25,400 nucleotides of DNA. Origin: Synechococcus sp. GTDB taxonomy: Bacteria > Cyanobacteriota > Cyanobacteriia > Thermostichales > PCC-7336. Below are positions 9,441 to 19,996 of the stretch, one piece after another. The notes under the pieces are model-generated. The model did no database searches and was not told the DNA's origin. It worked only from the letters and a program-made list of their open reading frames with translations. The stretch lies in the NCBI GenBank assembly GCA_051439605.1, contig JBFRWN010000014.1, positions 1-25,400 of the forward strand. Direction: 5' to 3'. Each line of letters opens with the position of its first letter. Position 1 is the stretch's first letter. The position numbers and the translations under genes are program-made.

Positions 9441-11177
9441 CTCCGCAAATGTATTCAGTCGCCAAGCCGCATCCTGCTGGCGATTGGTTACAAGCTCCAA
9501 CAAGCGTATGCCCGATGCGGGCAAAGCGCTGAGGCGATCGCTCAGCTGTTCCCACGTCTCGATGCGCTCGTGGTCAACACTGTAGGTGCGGCAAAGACGG
9601 CCAAAATCAATGTCCTGCGGCGTGGCAAAGAATTCTTCAAAGGGCGGTTCGAACTGCGAAATCGGTAAGAGATTAAAAATGCCGCCGCCATTGTTGTTCA
9701 CCAACACAATGGTGAGATGCCCCTGGAAGTGCGATCGCAGCAAAAACCCATTGGTGTCGTGCAGCAGTGCTAAATCCCCCGTCAGCAAGACCGCAGGTCG
9801 ATTTTGGTAGGCCATACCGAGTGCCGTAGACAGCGTGCCATCAATACCGTTGGCCCCCCGATTCACAAACGGTTGCACCTGCGTTTGCGCCGGTCGCCAA
9901 AACCACTCCACATCCCGCACTGCAGTGCTGTTGGCAATAAACAGTGGTGTGGAGGAGGGGAGCACCTGCGACAGCAACCAAGCCACCTTGCCCTCGCACA
10001 GGCGATCGCAGTTGCCCATCAGAGCATCAATCGCGATGCCCACTTGACGATCTGCCTTCAACCAAGATTCTAGATAAGGGGAGGATGGCTCGCTCTTGCC
10101 CACCATTGCCCTAGCTAATCCGAACAGATCCATGGCTAATGGAGTCGTCCGGTTGTGCAACGCATCTAAATTGCGATCGCCGTCATCCACTTGCCACGTT
10201 ATGAAATCCCCATCGGCCAACCACTGGCGCAGCATTTTGCTGGTGGGCAACGGACCAAACTGCAAAACGTACTCGGGGGTCAATGTCTCCAACGCCTCTG
10301 CATTTCTGAGAATGAAATCGTAATGGGCAATTTGATGGGGGTTGAGGGGGGCAAAGTTACGCAGTGGAGACAACCCTTCTGCCAACACCGGCCATCCCAG
10401 AGCTTTCGAAATACGGGCGATCGCTTGACAGTACCCCTCCGGGTCGGCAGGTTGGACTGGCCCCGCCACAATGAGTCCTGTCGATGAGGAGGTCCAGCGC
10501 TGCAGCAGATCGACAGGGAGTGCGACAGCAGCAGGTGGTGGTTGCCAAGCCGAAAGTCCCTCAAAAAAAGTACCGGGAAAATGTGTCTGAAAGGCTTCTG
10601 CCCGACCATCAGCGATCGGGGGTAATGGGTCTCGAAACGGAACGTTGAGGTGAACTATACCGGGGACGGGCTGCAGAGAACGCCGCCAAGCATGCACCAC
10701 GGTCTGACGCAGATAGCGCAACTGTCCCAAATCCTGCTCTGGTACAGCCAGTTCCGTCTGCCAGTTGGGGTAATTCCCATACAATCGAAGCTGGTCGATG
10801 GTTTGACCGGAGTAGCAATCTCGTAATTCTGGCGGGCGATCGGTGGTGAGAACAATTAGGGGAACGCAACTTGCCCATGCTTCCACAACTGCAGGAAAGT
10901 AGTTGACGCCAGCGGTGCCAGAGGTGCACACCAAGACCACCGGTCGTTGCGTTTGCTTGGCCAAGCCCAAGGCAAAAAATGCCGCCGAGCGCTCGTCCAA
11001 TACCGGAATGGCCTGCATATCCCCATCCGAGTCGCGAACGGCTGCAGCAAACGCCAGCGCCAACGGTGTCGATCGCGAGCCGGGGGACAGCACTACGTAG
11101 GAGAGCCCCAGCCGTCGCAGCGTTTCTACAACTACCGACGCCCAGACTGTATTAACCGTGCGAAAATCCACCCGCAT
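9411..11177 (-). CDS. menD: SEPHCHC synthase (phylloquinone/menaquinone biosynthesis)
   Basis: SPGSRSTPL, DERSAAFFALG, CTSGTA, DRPPEL, QTIDQ, NRGANGIDG and ThDP-binding GDLALLHD...NNNGGGIF. Confidence 0.97.
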   Translation of the reverse strand: MRVDFRTVNTVWASVVVETLRRLGLSYVVLSPGSRSTPLALAFAAAVRDSDGDMQAIPVLDERSAAFFALGLAKQTQRPVVLVCTSGTAGVNYFPAVVEAWASCVPLIVLTTDRPPELRDCYSGQTIDQLRLYGNYPNWQTELAVPEQDLGQLRYLRQTVVHAWRRSLQPVPGIVHLNVPFRDPLPPIADGRAEAFQTHFPGTFFEGLSAWQPPPAAVALPVDLLQRWTSSSTGLIVAGPVQPADPEGYCQAIARISKALGWPVLAEGLSPLRNFAPLNPHQIAHYDFILRNAEALETLTPEYVLQFGPLPTSKMLRQWLADGDFITWQVDDGDRNLDALHNRTTPLAMDLFGLARAMVGKSEPSSPYLESWLKADRQVGIAIDALMGNCDRLCEGKVAWLLSQVLPSSTPLFIANSTAVRDVEWFWRPAQTQVQPFVNRGANGIDGTLSTALGMAYQNRPAVLLTGDLALLHDTNGFLLRSHFQGHLTIVLVNNNGGGIFNLLPISQFEPPFEEFFATPQDIDFGRLCRTYSVDHERIETWEQLSDRLSALPASGIRLLELVTNRQQDAAWRLNTFAELAASVSLDG

Positions 11178-11180
11178 TGG

Positions 11181-12587
11181 CTACACGAGCGCCCGCATCA
11201 GCGCCTGCAGCTTTAACTGCACCTCCGCCCATTCCCGTTCGGGGTCGGACCCATCCACAATCCCTGCCCCGGCACAGAGACGTACTCGATCGCCCTGTAT
11301 CAAGGCTGAACGAATCCCCACCGCCAGCTCGCAGTTTCCCCGACCATCTAGCCATCCCAGTGGAGCTGCATAGAGTCCTCGCTCGAAGGACTCCCATTCT
11401 CGAATGCGATCGCAGGCTACCTCTCTGGGTTCCCCAGCCACAGCTGGCGTGGGATGGAGGGCAGAAAGCACTTTGAAGGGATGAATGCTAGCTGGCAGCT
11501 GTGCGCAAATACGGGTATGTAGGTGCTGGATATTGGGCAACTGCAGTAAATTGGGGCTGGCAGCAGCGGCAGCGGAGATTCCTAACCCACTCAGTTGCTG
11601 CACAATCGCATCCACCACCACCTGATGCTCTAGGCGATCTTTGCTACTATCAGCCAGCAGCTTAGCCAGCACCCGATCCTCCGCATCCGTTTCTCCACGG
11701 GCAGCCGAGCCAGCGATCGCATCAATGGCTAGCCGATTCTGGTGCACCTGCATCAACGCCTCGGGACTGGCCCCCATAAACTGCTGACCGCCCTCGTTCC
11801 CCAACGAGAAGACATAGCATTTGGGGTAAAGCTGGCGCAGGTTATGAAGAGACAAAAACGGCTGAATGGGCTGCGAAGCCTTTAACTCCATGGCATGGGC
11901 CAACACCACTTTGCTTAATTCGCCAGCGGCGATCGCCCTGAGGGCTGCATTCACCCCCGTGCGAAACTCTGTAGGGGCTTCATCTGCAACAAATTCACCC
12001 TTGCGGAAAATAGGTATGGCCTCTGGCCAAGAGATCTCGGGAGCAGACTGCAGTTCTGCGGCTAGAGTCTCGAGCTGCGTCTGCACGACCGCCAAGTTCG
12101 TTGCGCCATCAACCGCTGCATTCACTGTTGCCACACAGCAATCTGGTTGGTTGACCACCATCCAGCGAGGGACAAATACCGCCGTACCAGGCTGGCGATC
12201 GGGTACCCCTGACTCAAAGAAGCTAAATCCACAGAAGAAATGTGGACCAGCGCCAGAGGATGGAGCAAATCCATCGCTCTGGCTGTTAGCCAATGTGGAT
12301 TGAACGAACGCTTCTGTACTGCAAAAGCGATCGCTGTCTCCCTCGGGCATCTGCATCACAGACCCACCAGCCGCAATTTCTGTTCCTTGGTTCAGCCAAT
12401 AAAAATGCTGCTGAGGGCAAGGCATTTGGGCCAGTACAGAGAGGGGATCGAGTTGGGGCAATTCGAATGAAAAGCTAGCCAGTTGGGGGACACCCTTCAA
12501 TCCCGCCTGCTGTTGACACTTAGCCAGTAGCCGACGCAGTGTTCGGCGATCGAGGGCTGGCGAGTGAAAGGGCAGGGTTACTTGCAT
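11181..12587 (-). CDS. menF: Isochorismate synthase
   Basis: Chorismate-binding motifs KVVLA, GASPE, AIAGS, KDRLEH, LHPTPAVAG, ERGLYAAPLGW, AGAGIV; ends 3 nt before the menD start. ATG 12587 preferred to TTG 12671. Confidence 0.95.
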   Translation of the reverse strand: MQVTLPFHSPALDRRTLRRLLAKCQQQAGLKGVPQLASFSFELPQLDPLSVLAQMPCPQQHFYWLNQGTEIAAGGSVMQMPEGDSDRFCSTEAFVQSTLANSQSDGFAPSSGAGPHFFCGFSFFESGVPDRQPGTAVFVPRWMVVNQPDCCVATVNAAVDGATNLAVVQTQLETLAAELQSAPEISWPEAIPIFRKGEFVADEAPTEFRTGVNAALRAIAAGELSKVVLAHAMELKASQPIQPFLSLHNLRQLYPKCYVFSLGNEGGQQFMGASPEALMQVHQNRLAIDAIAGSAARGETDAEDRVLAKLLADSSKDRLEHQVVVDAIVQQLSGLGISAAAAASPNLLQLPNIQHLHTRICAQLPASIHPFKVLSALHPTPAVAGEPREVACDRIREWESFERGLYAAPLGWLDGRGNCELAVGIRSALIQGDRVRLCAGAGIVDGSDPEREWAEVQLKLQALMRALV

Positions 12588-12836
12588 TGCGATTGGATAA
12601 AGTGCAAACAACCAGCGGTCGAATTGGCCGCTAGCCTTGGGTCTGAAATCGTTATGGGTCAAGTTGCACAAACATTGTGCCTTGTGAAGGGGCGAGGGTC
12701 GCTCAGTCTTAACTCAGGTTCACCTTTTAGCCATTTTTACTCATAGCAGTGCCGAAATCACCCAACATTCGCAGAGCAATCGTCAGAAACACCAAGCGAT
12801 CTGAATCACTAACGGGTTTCTCGCCTTCCCAAGCCC

Positions 12837-13577
12837 TTAAGTGTCCGCCAGAATTGCCAAATAACGACGCACCGCTTCGGGCATCCCCATCTCTAAAGCA
12901 TCGGCAGTCAGGGCGTGACCAATCGAGACTTCTTCAATGCTGGGGATTTTACAAAATTGCCCTAGGTTATCGAGGTTGAGATCGTGTCCAGCGTTCAAAT
13001 CTAGCCCCACTTCGCGGGCAACTTTGGCAGCTTCAGCATAGATGGCCCAGGATTCATCGGCCTTGCCGTCGCGGTGGGCGGTAGCGTAGGGCTCTGTATA
13101 GAGTTCGATGCGCTCTGCCCCTATCTCGCCAGCCAGTCGAATTTGCTCGACATCGGGATCCATAAATAGGCTGACGCGGATACCGACATCCTGGAGCTGC
13201 CTCAGGATAGGACGGAGGCGATCGCCGTCGTTAGCAATATCCCAACCGTGGTCCGACGTGAAAGCATTGGGATCGTCCGGGACAAGGGTTGCTTGGGTGG
13301 GCTTGACGTCCAACACCACTTCCATAAAGCGCCCTAAAAAGGGATTTCCCTCGATGTTGAACTCGGCGTTGGGGTAATCGGATTTGAGGAGAGCGTCGAT
13401 GTCATAGACATCGGAGTAGCGGATGTGGCGCTCGTCGGGTCGTGGGTGAACGGTGACACCGTAGGCACCGGCATTGAGCACCATGCGGGCGGCTTTAACA
13501 ACGCTGGGGATGTCAAGATTTCGACTGTTGCGCAACAAGGCAATTTTGTTGATGTTAACGCTTAGTTGGGTACCCAT
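12837..13577 (-). CDS. pdxJ: Pyridoxine 5'-phosphate synthase
   Basis: LSVNINK...LRNSR, GVTVHPRPDERHIR, RVSLFMDPD, IELYT, NAGHDL, EVSIGHAL. Confidence 0.95.
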   Translation of the reverse strand: MGTQLSVNINKIALLRNSRNLDIPSVVKAARMVLNAGAYGVTVHPRPDERHIRYSDVYDIDALLKSDYPNAEFNIEGNPFLGRFMEVVLDVKPTQATLVPDDPNAFTSDHGWDIANDGDRLRPILRQLQDVGIRVSLFMDPDVEQIRLAGEIGAERIELYTEPYATAHRDGKADESWAIYAEAAKVAREVGLDLNAGHDLNLDNLGQFCKIPSIEEVSIGHALTADALEMGMPEAVRRYLAILADT

Positions 13578-13764
13578 TTATGGAAATCCGTAAGTGATTC
13601 TCTGGCGGCTTTAAATGTTAACTTACGTTTTAGTCGGACTCAATTCAGTCGATCGAGCCTTGTTGAGAAGTTTAGGATCTCCTCCAGCCATCAAGTAGGT
13701 AGCAACAACATGCTCCTGGAATTGCGATGTAGCATGGCAAAAATAAGTCTTGAGTCTGTCTAGT

Positions 13765-14676
13765 ATGCTGCCTGTCTACTACAGCGAAACGTTTCTCCAA
13801 CACCTGACTGGTCCGGACCATTACGAACGTCCCGCTCGACTGACTGCAATTGTGGATGCTCTAACCTCTGCGAACTTTAGCGATCGCCTCGATTGGCGGG
13901 AGCCTTCCTCAGCCAGCATGCAAGACATTGCCAGAGCCCATCCCCTCACTTATGTCGAGGGGGTCCAACAGTTGTGCGACTCGGGGGGAGGGATGTTGGA
14001 CCCCGATACCCCTGTTTCTGAGCAAAGCTTTGCAGCAGCAAAACTCGCGGTAGGAGCTTGGATTGACGGGGCACGAGAGGCGATTGCCACCGGAAAGCCA
14101 GTGTTTGTATTATGTCGCCCCCCTGGCCATCATGCAGAACCTGAAGAAGGCATGGGTTTTTGCGTGTTTGCTAATGCGGCGATCGCCGCCATGTGGGCAC
14201 TAGAGCAGCCAGGTATCGAGAGAGTGGCTGTGTTTGATTGGGATGTGCACCACGGCAACGGTACCCAAAAGCTTTTTTGGGGCAACCCGAACTTGGCTTA
14301 TGTTTCTACCCACCAAGCACCGCTGTATCCAGGCACTGGAAAGGTGGAAGAGACTGGCGCGCACCACAACATCTGCAACGTTCCTCTGTCTGCTGGGTCG
14401 GGGTGGAGAGAGTACGAGCAAGCCATGAAAGACACCGTGCTCCCGTTTCTCAAGAAATTTCAGCCCGACCTGCTGTTAGTGAGTGCAGGGTTCGATTGCG
14501 GTGATGGGGACCCGTTGGCGGAGATGAAGCTGTCGCACTCAGACTTTGGTGCCATGGCTCGCATGTGTTTGGGGATAACCCAAAGGTGTCTATTTGGTTT
14601 AGAGGGCGGTTACGCACTAGATAATCTGGCTACAGGCTGGGTAAGCGTCACCAAGGCTTGTTTAGAGGTGGTGTAG
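13765..14676 (+). CDS. Histone deacetylase family (Zn-dependent amidohydrolase)
   Basis: HYERPARL, RPPGHHA, GFCVFAN, DWDVHHGNGTQ, YPGTG, SAGFD, LEGGY. Confidence 0.95.
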   Translation: MLPVYYSETFLQHLTGPDHYERPARLTAIVDALTSANFSDRLDWREPSSASMQDIARAHPLTYVEGVQQLCDSGGGMLDPDTPVSEQSFAAAKLAVGAWIDGAREAIATGKPVFVLCRPPGHHAEPEEGMGFCVFANAAIAAMWALEQPGIERVAVFDWDVHHGNGTQKLFWGNPNLAYVSTHQAPLYPGTGKVEETGAHHNICNVPLSAGSGWREYEQAMKDTVLPFLKKFQPDLLLVSAGFDCGDGDPLAEMKLSHSDFGAMARMCLGITQRCLFGLEGGYALDNLATGWVSVTKACLEVV

Positions 14677-14714
14677 GTTTCGGCTAGCTTGGCTATGTTG
14701 TGTTGCAGTCAAAG

Positions 14715-15182
14715 CTAAGCATCGGCTTCCCAGGCGGGGTGATTCATCAGTTCGTTCATGACCCTGACTCCGCGCAGTTGATTGGTGAGTGGCAAATGTC
14801 CCTTAGGGGCACTTAAATCCCAGGTGAACTCCCCTGGGTACCGCGTCCAGTGGTTACCCTCTTTCCAGCCAATTTCCACCCAGAGGCGATCCCAATTCTT
14901 GTTGAGGTTCTGCCACAACTTGCGCTGTACTGAATAGCCAAACTTACCGTCAGAGTAGGCCCGCCACAGCGCGTCGATCGTGCGCAGATCGGTCACCGGC
15001 AATTGAGGAACTTCTGAAAAATAGAGCCACTTTCGTTTCTCTGCAGCTGGACCAGCCAACTGACACATTAAACGGACAGAAGCTAGATCTGCTTGTTCAA
15101 ATTCACCAGCTGCCAATAATTCCTGCAGTCGCGAAAAATCCAGGTTGCGCTCTGATTTTAATGGGACTGGAGATTGCGTCAT
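14715..15182 (-). CDS. gun4: Gun4 porphyrin-binding Mg-chelatase activator (core domain only)
   Basis: [64 protein letters not shown] match the true Gun4/Ycf53 core. Confidence 0.9.
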   Translation of the reverse strand: MTQSPVPLKSERNLDFSRLQELLAAGEFEQADLASVRLMCQLAGPAAEKRKWLYFSEVPQLPVTDLRTIDALWRAYSDGKFGYSVQRKLWQNLNKNWDRLWVEIGWKEGNHWTRYPGEFTWDLSAPKGHLPLTNQLRGVRVMNELMNHPAWEADA

Positions 15183-15330
15183 GCATTAATGCTTTGAATG
15201 GGTGCAATGGGCGCTTGGAGAAGGGTTACAAGACCTGAGCAATCAGCGCGATCGCCTCCCAGTATAAAGTCTCGCGTTCCTCCGGTGTGCCCCAACTCCT
15301 GATGCAACGTCCACAGCAGTCCTATTCATA

Positions 15331-15363
15331 AGAGAAACCCCCTGCGTTGCAGGGGGTTTCTCT
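15331..15363 (-). terminator. Hairpin terminator / 3' stabiliser of psaAB mRNA
   Basis: Perfect 15-bp inverted repeat AGAGAAACCCCCTGC-GTT-GCAGGGGGTTTCTCT, 25 nt after the psaB stop; U-rich 3' side on the minus strand. Confidence 0.85.
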
Positions 15364-15388
15364 CAAGTCCTAGTTGAGTCGGACGGCA

Positions 15389-17602
15389 TTATCCAAATTG
15401 GGCAGCAGTCGACGCAATCAAGAATGCAGCATAAGTCAGGATATAACCCACGGTGAAGTGAGCCAAACCAACTAAGCGAGCCTGAACGATGGACAGAGCA
15501 ACGGGCTTGTCCTTCCAACGAACCAAGTTCGCTAGAGGAGTGCGCTCGTGAGCCCAAACTAAGGTTTCAATCAGCTCTTGCCAGTAACCCCGCCAGGAGA
15601 TCAAGAACATGAAACCGGTTGCCCAGACAAGGTGAGCAAACAGGAACATCCAGGACCACACAGCCAAGTTATTCATGCCGTAGGGGTTGTAGCCGTTGAT
15701 CAATTGAGCGGAGTTGAGCCACAGGTAGTCCCGTAGCCAGCCCATCAGATAGGTGGAGCTTTCGTTGAACTGAGCAACGTTACCGCTCCAAATACCGAGG
15801 TGCTTCCAATGCCAGTAGAAGGTAACCCAACCCAGGGTGTTCAGCATCCAGAACATGGCTAGGTAGAAGGAATCCCAAGCAGAGATGTCGCAAGTACCGC
15901 CACGACCGGGGCCGTCGCAAGGGAAGCTATAGCCGAAGTCCTTTTTATCGGGCATCAGCTTGGAACCGCGAGCATCCAACGCACCCTTGATCAGGATCAA
16001 GGCGGTGGTGTGCAGACCCAGAGCAATTGCGTGGTGAACCAAGAAGTCACCAGGACCAATAGGTAGGAAGAGGTCGCCGCCAGGAGCGTTGATAGCCTCT
16101 AACCAACCGGGTAGGTAAGGCGCGCCAGTGGATGCAACGCTGTCAGCATTAGCCAGCAGTACGTCCATGCCGTAAATAGCCTTACCAGAAGCCGCCTGAA
16201 TGAACTGCGCAAACACAGGTTCAACCAGAATTTGCTTCTCTGGAGTACCAAAAGCCTGCATGACATCGTTGTGGACGTACAGACCCAAGGTGTGGAAGCC
16301 AAGGAACAAAGTCACCCAACTCAAGTGAGAGATCAACGCTTCTTTGCTGTCCAAGATCCGAGCCAAAACGTTATTCTTGTTGGCTTCGGGATCGTAGTCA
16401 CGAACGAAGAAAATGGCACCGTGAGCAAACGCACCCACCATTAGGAATCCGGCAATGTACTGGTGATGCGTGTACAGAGCAGCCTGAGTAGTGTAGTCAG
16501 AATGCATGAACACGTAAGAGGGCAGCGCGTACATGTGCTGCGCAACTAAAGAGGTAATCACCCCTAAGCTAGCTAGAGCTAAGCCTAGTTGGAAGTGTAG
16601 AGACTCGTTAATGGTGTCGTACAAACCAACGTGACCAGCACCCAATGCACCACCCCAAGGAGTCCCTTCAGGAGGGTTATGGGCGGCCAGAATCTCTTTG
16701 ATGCTGTGGCCGATGCCGAAGTTGGTGCGATACATGTGACCCGCAACGATGAAGATCACGGCGATCGCCAAATGGTGATGGGCGATGTCGGTCAACCACA
16801 AAGACTCCGTTTGGGGATGGAAACCACCCAAGAAGGTCAAAATTGCGGTACCAGCGCCATCACCGGTGCCGAATACGTGGCTAGCAGTATCGGGGCTCTG
16901 TGCGTATACGCCCCAGTCCAGCGTGAAGAAAGGCTTCAGGCCAGCAGGGTGAGGCTTAACGCTTAAGAAGTTGTCCCAACCGACGTGGATGCCGCGAGAC
17001 TCGGGAATTGCAACGTGTACCAGGTGACCGGTCCAAGCCAAAGAACTGACGCCAAACAGACCGGCTAAGTGGTGGTTGAGGCGAGACTCGGCGTTCTTGA
17101 ACCAAGACAAACTGGGACGGAAGCGGGGCTGCAGGTGCAACCAACCGGCGACCAAAGACAATGTCGCGAGTACGAGCAGGAATACCGAACCGGTGTAGAG
17201 CTCGGTATTGGTGGTCATACCAATGGTGTAGAACCAATAGTAAAGACCGGAGTAAGCAGCGTTAACGGGGCCGTAACCACCGTCTTGAGTAAATGCTTCG
17301 ACAGCTGCTTGGCCGAAGTGGGGATCCCAAATAGCGTGTGCAATTGGAGTCACACCGCTGGGGTTGGCGATCCATTGTTCAAAGTTACCTTGCCAGGCTA
17401 TGTGGAACAGGTTGCCCGAAGCCCACAGGAAGATGATTGCCAGGTGGCCGAAGTGAGTGGCGAAAAGCTTTTGATAAAGCCCTTCCTCAGTCATGCCATC
17501 GTGGCTTTCAAAGTCGTGTGCGGTCGCAATCCCGTACCAAATCCGTCTAGTCGTCGGATCTTGCGCGAGGTCCTGGCTAAATTGTGGAAATTTAGTTGCC
17601 AT
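15389..17602 (-). CDS. psaB: Photosystem I P700 apoprotein A2
   Basis: [23 protein letters not shown] start, FX motif [38 protein letters not shown] before ATG 17602. Confidence 0.99.
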   Translation of the reverse strand: MATKFPQFSQDLAQDPTTRRIWYGIATAHDFESHDGMTEEGLYQKLFATHFGHLAIIFLWASGNLFHIAWQGNFEQWIANPSGVTPIAHAIWDPHFGQAAVEAFTQDGGYGPVNAAYSGLYYWFYTIGMTTNTELYTGSVFLLVLATLSLVAGWLHLQPRFRPSLSWFKNAESRLNHHLAGLFGVSSLAWTGHLVHVAIPESRGIHVGWDNFLSVKPHPAGLKPFFTLDWGVYAQSPDTASHVFGTGDGAGTAILTFLGGFHPQTESLWLTDIAHHHLAIAVIFIVAGHMYRTNFGIGHSIKEILAAHNPPEGTPWGGALGAGHVGLYDTINESLHFQLGLALASLGVITSLVAQHMYALPSYVFMHSDYTTQAALYTHHQYIAGFLMVGAFAHGAIFFVRDYDPEANKNNVLARILDSKEALISHLSWVTLFLGFHTLGLYVHNDVMQAFGTPEKQILVEPVFAQFIQAASGKAIYGMDVLLANADSVASTGAPYLPGWLEAINAPGGDLFLPIGPGDFLVHHAIALGLHTTALILIKGALDARGSKLMPDKKDFGYSFPCDGPGRGGTCDISAWDSFYLAMFWMLNTLGWVTFYWHWKHLGIWSGNVAQFNESSTYLMGWLRDYLWLNSAQLINGYNPYGMNNLAVWSWMFLFAHLVWATGFMFLISWRGYWQELIETLVWAHERTPLANLVRWKDKPVALSIVQARLVGLAHFTVGYILTYAAFLIASTAAQFG

Positions 17603-17617
17603 CAATCCTCCTTGCGA

Positions 17618-19894
17618 TTACCCGATTGCGCCGTATCTAGCCAGGAAGAATGCCCACGTTGTGACAATTCCACCTAGCAGATAGTGAGCTACCCCAACCG
17701 CACGACCCTGAGTGATGCTCAGTGCGCGAGGCTGAATGGCCGGAGCCACTTTTAGCTTGTTGTGTGCCCACACGATCGACTCAATCAGCTCCTGCCAGTA
17801 GCCGCGGCCGCTGAACAAGAACATAAGACTGAAGGCCCAGATAAAGTGCGCGCCCAGGAACAACAGACCGTATGCAGACAGAGCGCTGCCGTAGGAGTTG
17901 ATCACCTGAACTGCTTGAGCCCACAGGAAGTCGCGCAACCAGCCGTTGATATTGATAGCACTGGACGCGAAGTTTCCGCCTGTGATGTGAGTGATGCTGC
18001 CATCCGGATTCACAGTTCCCCAGATGTCAGATTGCATTTTCCAGCTGAAGTGGAAGATGACGATAGAAATGCAGTTGTACATCCAGAACAGGCCGAGGAA
18101 CACGTGGTCCCAACCGCTGACCTGACAGGTGCCGCCACGACCGGGGCCGTCACAGGGGAAGCGGAAACCCAGCTTGCCCTTGTCGGGGATCAGGCGAGAA
18201 CTGCGAGCAAACAGAACACCCTTGAACAGAATCAAGATGGTGATGTGGATGGTCATGGCGTGGATGTGGTGAACCAGGAAGTCCGCCGTGCCCAACGTCA
18301 TAGGCATCATCGACACCTTGCCAGCCACCGCAACCACGTCGCCGCCAAAGACGGGGCTGACACCGGCACCCACCAGAGGAGCGGTATTCACAACGGTGTC
18401 ACCTACGGTTGCAGCCGTTGTGGTGTGGATGTTTTGGATGAACTGAGCAAAGATGGGGCGCAATTGAATTGCGGTATCGGAAAACATGTCCTGAGGACGG
18501 CCCAACGCTTGCATGGTGTCGTTGTGGACGTACATGCCAAAGGCGTGGAATCCCAAGAACAAGCTGACCCAGTTGAGGTGGGAAACAATCGCATCTCGAA
18601 TGCGCAGCGTGCGATCAAGAACGTTGTTTTGGTTCACAGCAGGATCGTAGTCGCGAACCATAAAGATAGCCGCGTGAGCTGCTGCACCGACGATCATGAA
18701 CCCACCGATCCACATGTGGTGGGTGAACAGAGAAATCTGAGTGGCGTAGTCAATGCCCATGTAGGGGTAGGGGTTCATCGCATACATGTGCTGAGCAACG
18801 ATGATGCTGATGGAGCCACCTAGGGCCAAGTTGATGGCCAGTTGAGCGTGCCAAGAGTTGGTCAGAACTTCGTACAGACCTTTGTGACCTTGACCACCAA
18901 TAAAGAACGGATCTTTATGCGCTTCTAGAATCTCTTTGATGCTATGACCGATGCCCCAGTTGGTGCGGTACATGTGACCGGCAATGATGAACATTACAGC
19001 CAGCGCGAGGTGGTGGTGAGCCTGGTCGGTCAGCCACAGTGCGCCAGTCTGAGGATTCAGACCACCGTTGAAGGTCAAGAAGTCGGAGTAAGCACCCCAT
19101 TGCAGGGTGAAAAACGGCGTTAGCCCCTTAGCAAAGCTAGGGAACAGTTCCGCCATTAGGTCTTTGTTAAGAATGAATTCATGAGGCAAAGGAATTTGAT
19201 CCAGAGGTACACCAGCATCCATCAGCTTGTTGATGGGTACTGCAACATGAATCTGGTGTCCAGCCCATGCCAAAGAGCCCAAGCCAAACAAACCAGACAA
19301 GTGGTGGTTCAGCATGGATTCGACGTTTTGGAACCACTCCAGCTTCGGAGCTTTCTTGTGGTAGTGGAACCAACCCGCGAACAGCATCAGACCGGCCATA
19401 AACAGACCGCCTAATGCAGTACACCACAACTGGAATTCGCTAGTGATGCCAGACGCACGCCAGAGGTGGAACAGACCAGAGGTAATTTGAATCCCCTGGA
19501 AGCCACCGCCAACGTCGCCGTTCAGGATTTCTTGACCAAAAATTGGCCAGACCACTTGAGCGCTGGGTTTGATTGCAGTGGGGTCTTGGAGCCATGCCGT
19601 GTAGTTCGAGAACTTGGCTCCGTGATAGTACATGCCGCTCAGCCAAACAAAAATTACGGCCAGTTGACCGAAGTGAGCAGCAAAAATTTTACGAGAGACG
19701 TCTTCTAGGTCACTCGTATGACTGTCAAAGTCGTGAGCAAGAGCGTGGAGGTCCCAGATCCAAGTTGTTGACTTGGGTCCGCGCGCGAGTGCGCGATCGA
19801 AGTGACCAGGCTTAGCCCACTTCTCGAAAGAAGTAGGAACCGGGTTTTCGTCAACCGTCACCTTCACCTCTCGCTCCTTCGGCGATGTCGTCAT
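17618..19894 (-). CDS. psaA: Photosystem I P700 apoprotein A1
   Basis: [15 protein letters not shown] motif [38 protein letters not shown] before ATG 19894. Confidence 0.99.
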   Translation of the reverse strand: MTTSPKEREVKVTVDENPVPTSFEKWAKPGHFDRALARGPKSTTWIWDLHALAHDFDSHTSDLEDVSRKIFAAHFGQLAVIFVWLSGMYYHGAKFSNYTAWLQDPTAIKPSAQVVWPIFGQEILNGDVGGGFQGIQITSGLFHLWRASGITSEFQLWCTALGGLFMAGLMLFAGWFHYHKKAPKLEWFQNVESMLNHHLSGLFGLGSLAWAGHQIHVAVPINKLMDAGVPLDQIPLPHEFILNKDLMAELFPSFAKGLTPFFTLQWGAYSDFLTFNGGLNPQTGALWLTDQAHHHLALAVMFIIAGHMYRTNWGIGHSIKEILEAHKDPFFIGGQGHKGLYEVLTNSWHAQLAINLALGGSISIIVAQHMYAMNPYPYMGIDYATQISLFTHHMWIGGFMIVGAAAHAAIFMVRDYDPAVNQNNVLDRTLRIRDAIVSHLNWVSLFLGFHAFGMYVHNDTMQALGRPQDMFSDTAIQLRPIFAQFIQNIHTTTAATVGDTVVNTAPLVGAGVSPVFGGDVVAVAGKVSMMPMTLGTADFLVHHIHAMTIHITILILFKGVLFARSSRLIPDKGKLGFRFPCDGPGRGGTCQVSGWDHVFLGLFWMYNCISIVIFHFSWKMQSDIWGTVNPDGSITHITGGNFASSAININGWLRDFLWAQAVQVINSYGSALSAYGLLFLGAHFIWAFSLMFLFSGRGYWQELIESIVWAHNKLKVAPAIQPRALSITQGRAVGVAHYLLGGIVTTWAFFLARYGAIG

Positions 19895-19996
19895 CAAGAA
19901 CTCCTCTCTTGCGACAAGGAACGAAAGTGCATCCAGATAGCCTTAAAATTTGGAACGATAAAAAGCTCCAAGCCAGACTCCCAGGACTTAAGGAGC

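Noticed and set aside
12750..12815. Loose GAAATCACC/GAAACACC/GAATCACT repeats
   Set aside because: Too short, degenerate and irregularly spaced for a CRISPR or operator array.
17762..18823. 353-aa antisense ORF in psaA (and 17069-17677, 22037-22714, 11866-12303, 3269-3724)
   Set aside because: Shadow frames opposite well-supported genes, expected from codon bias; no recognisable motifs.
15389..19894. Far-red-light (FaRLiP) PsaA2/PsaB2 paralogues
   Set aside because: Near-standard lengths, and no rfpABC, chlF, apc or additional psa paralogues in the window; context fits the housekeeping operon.
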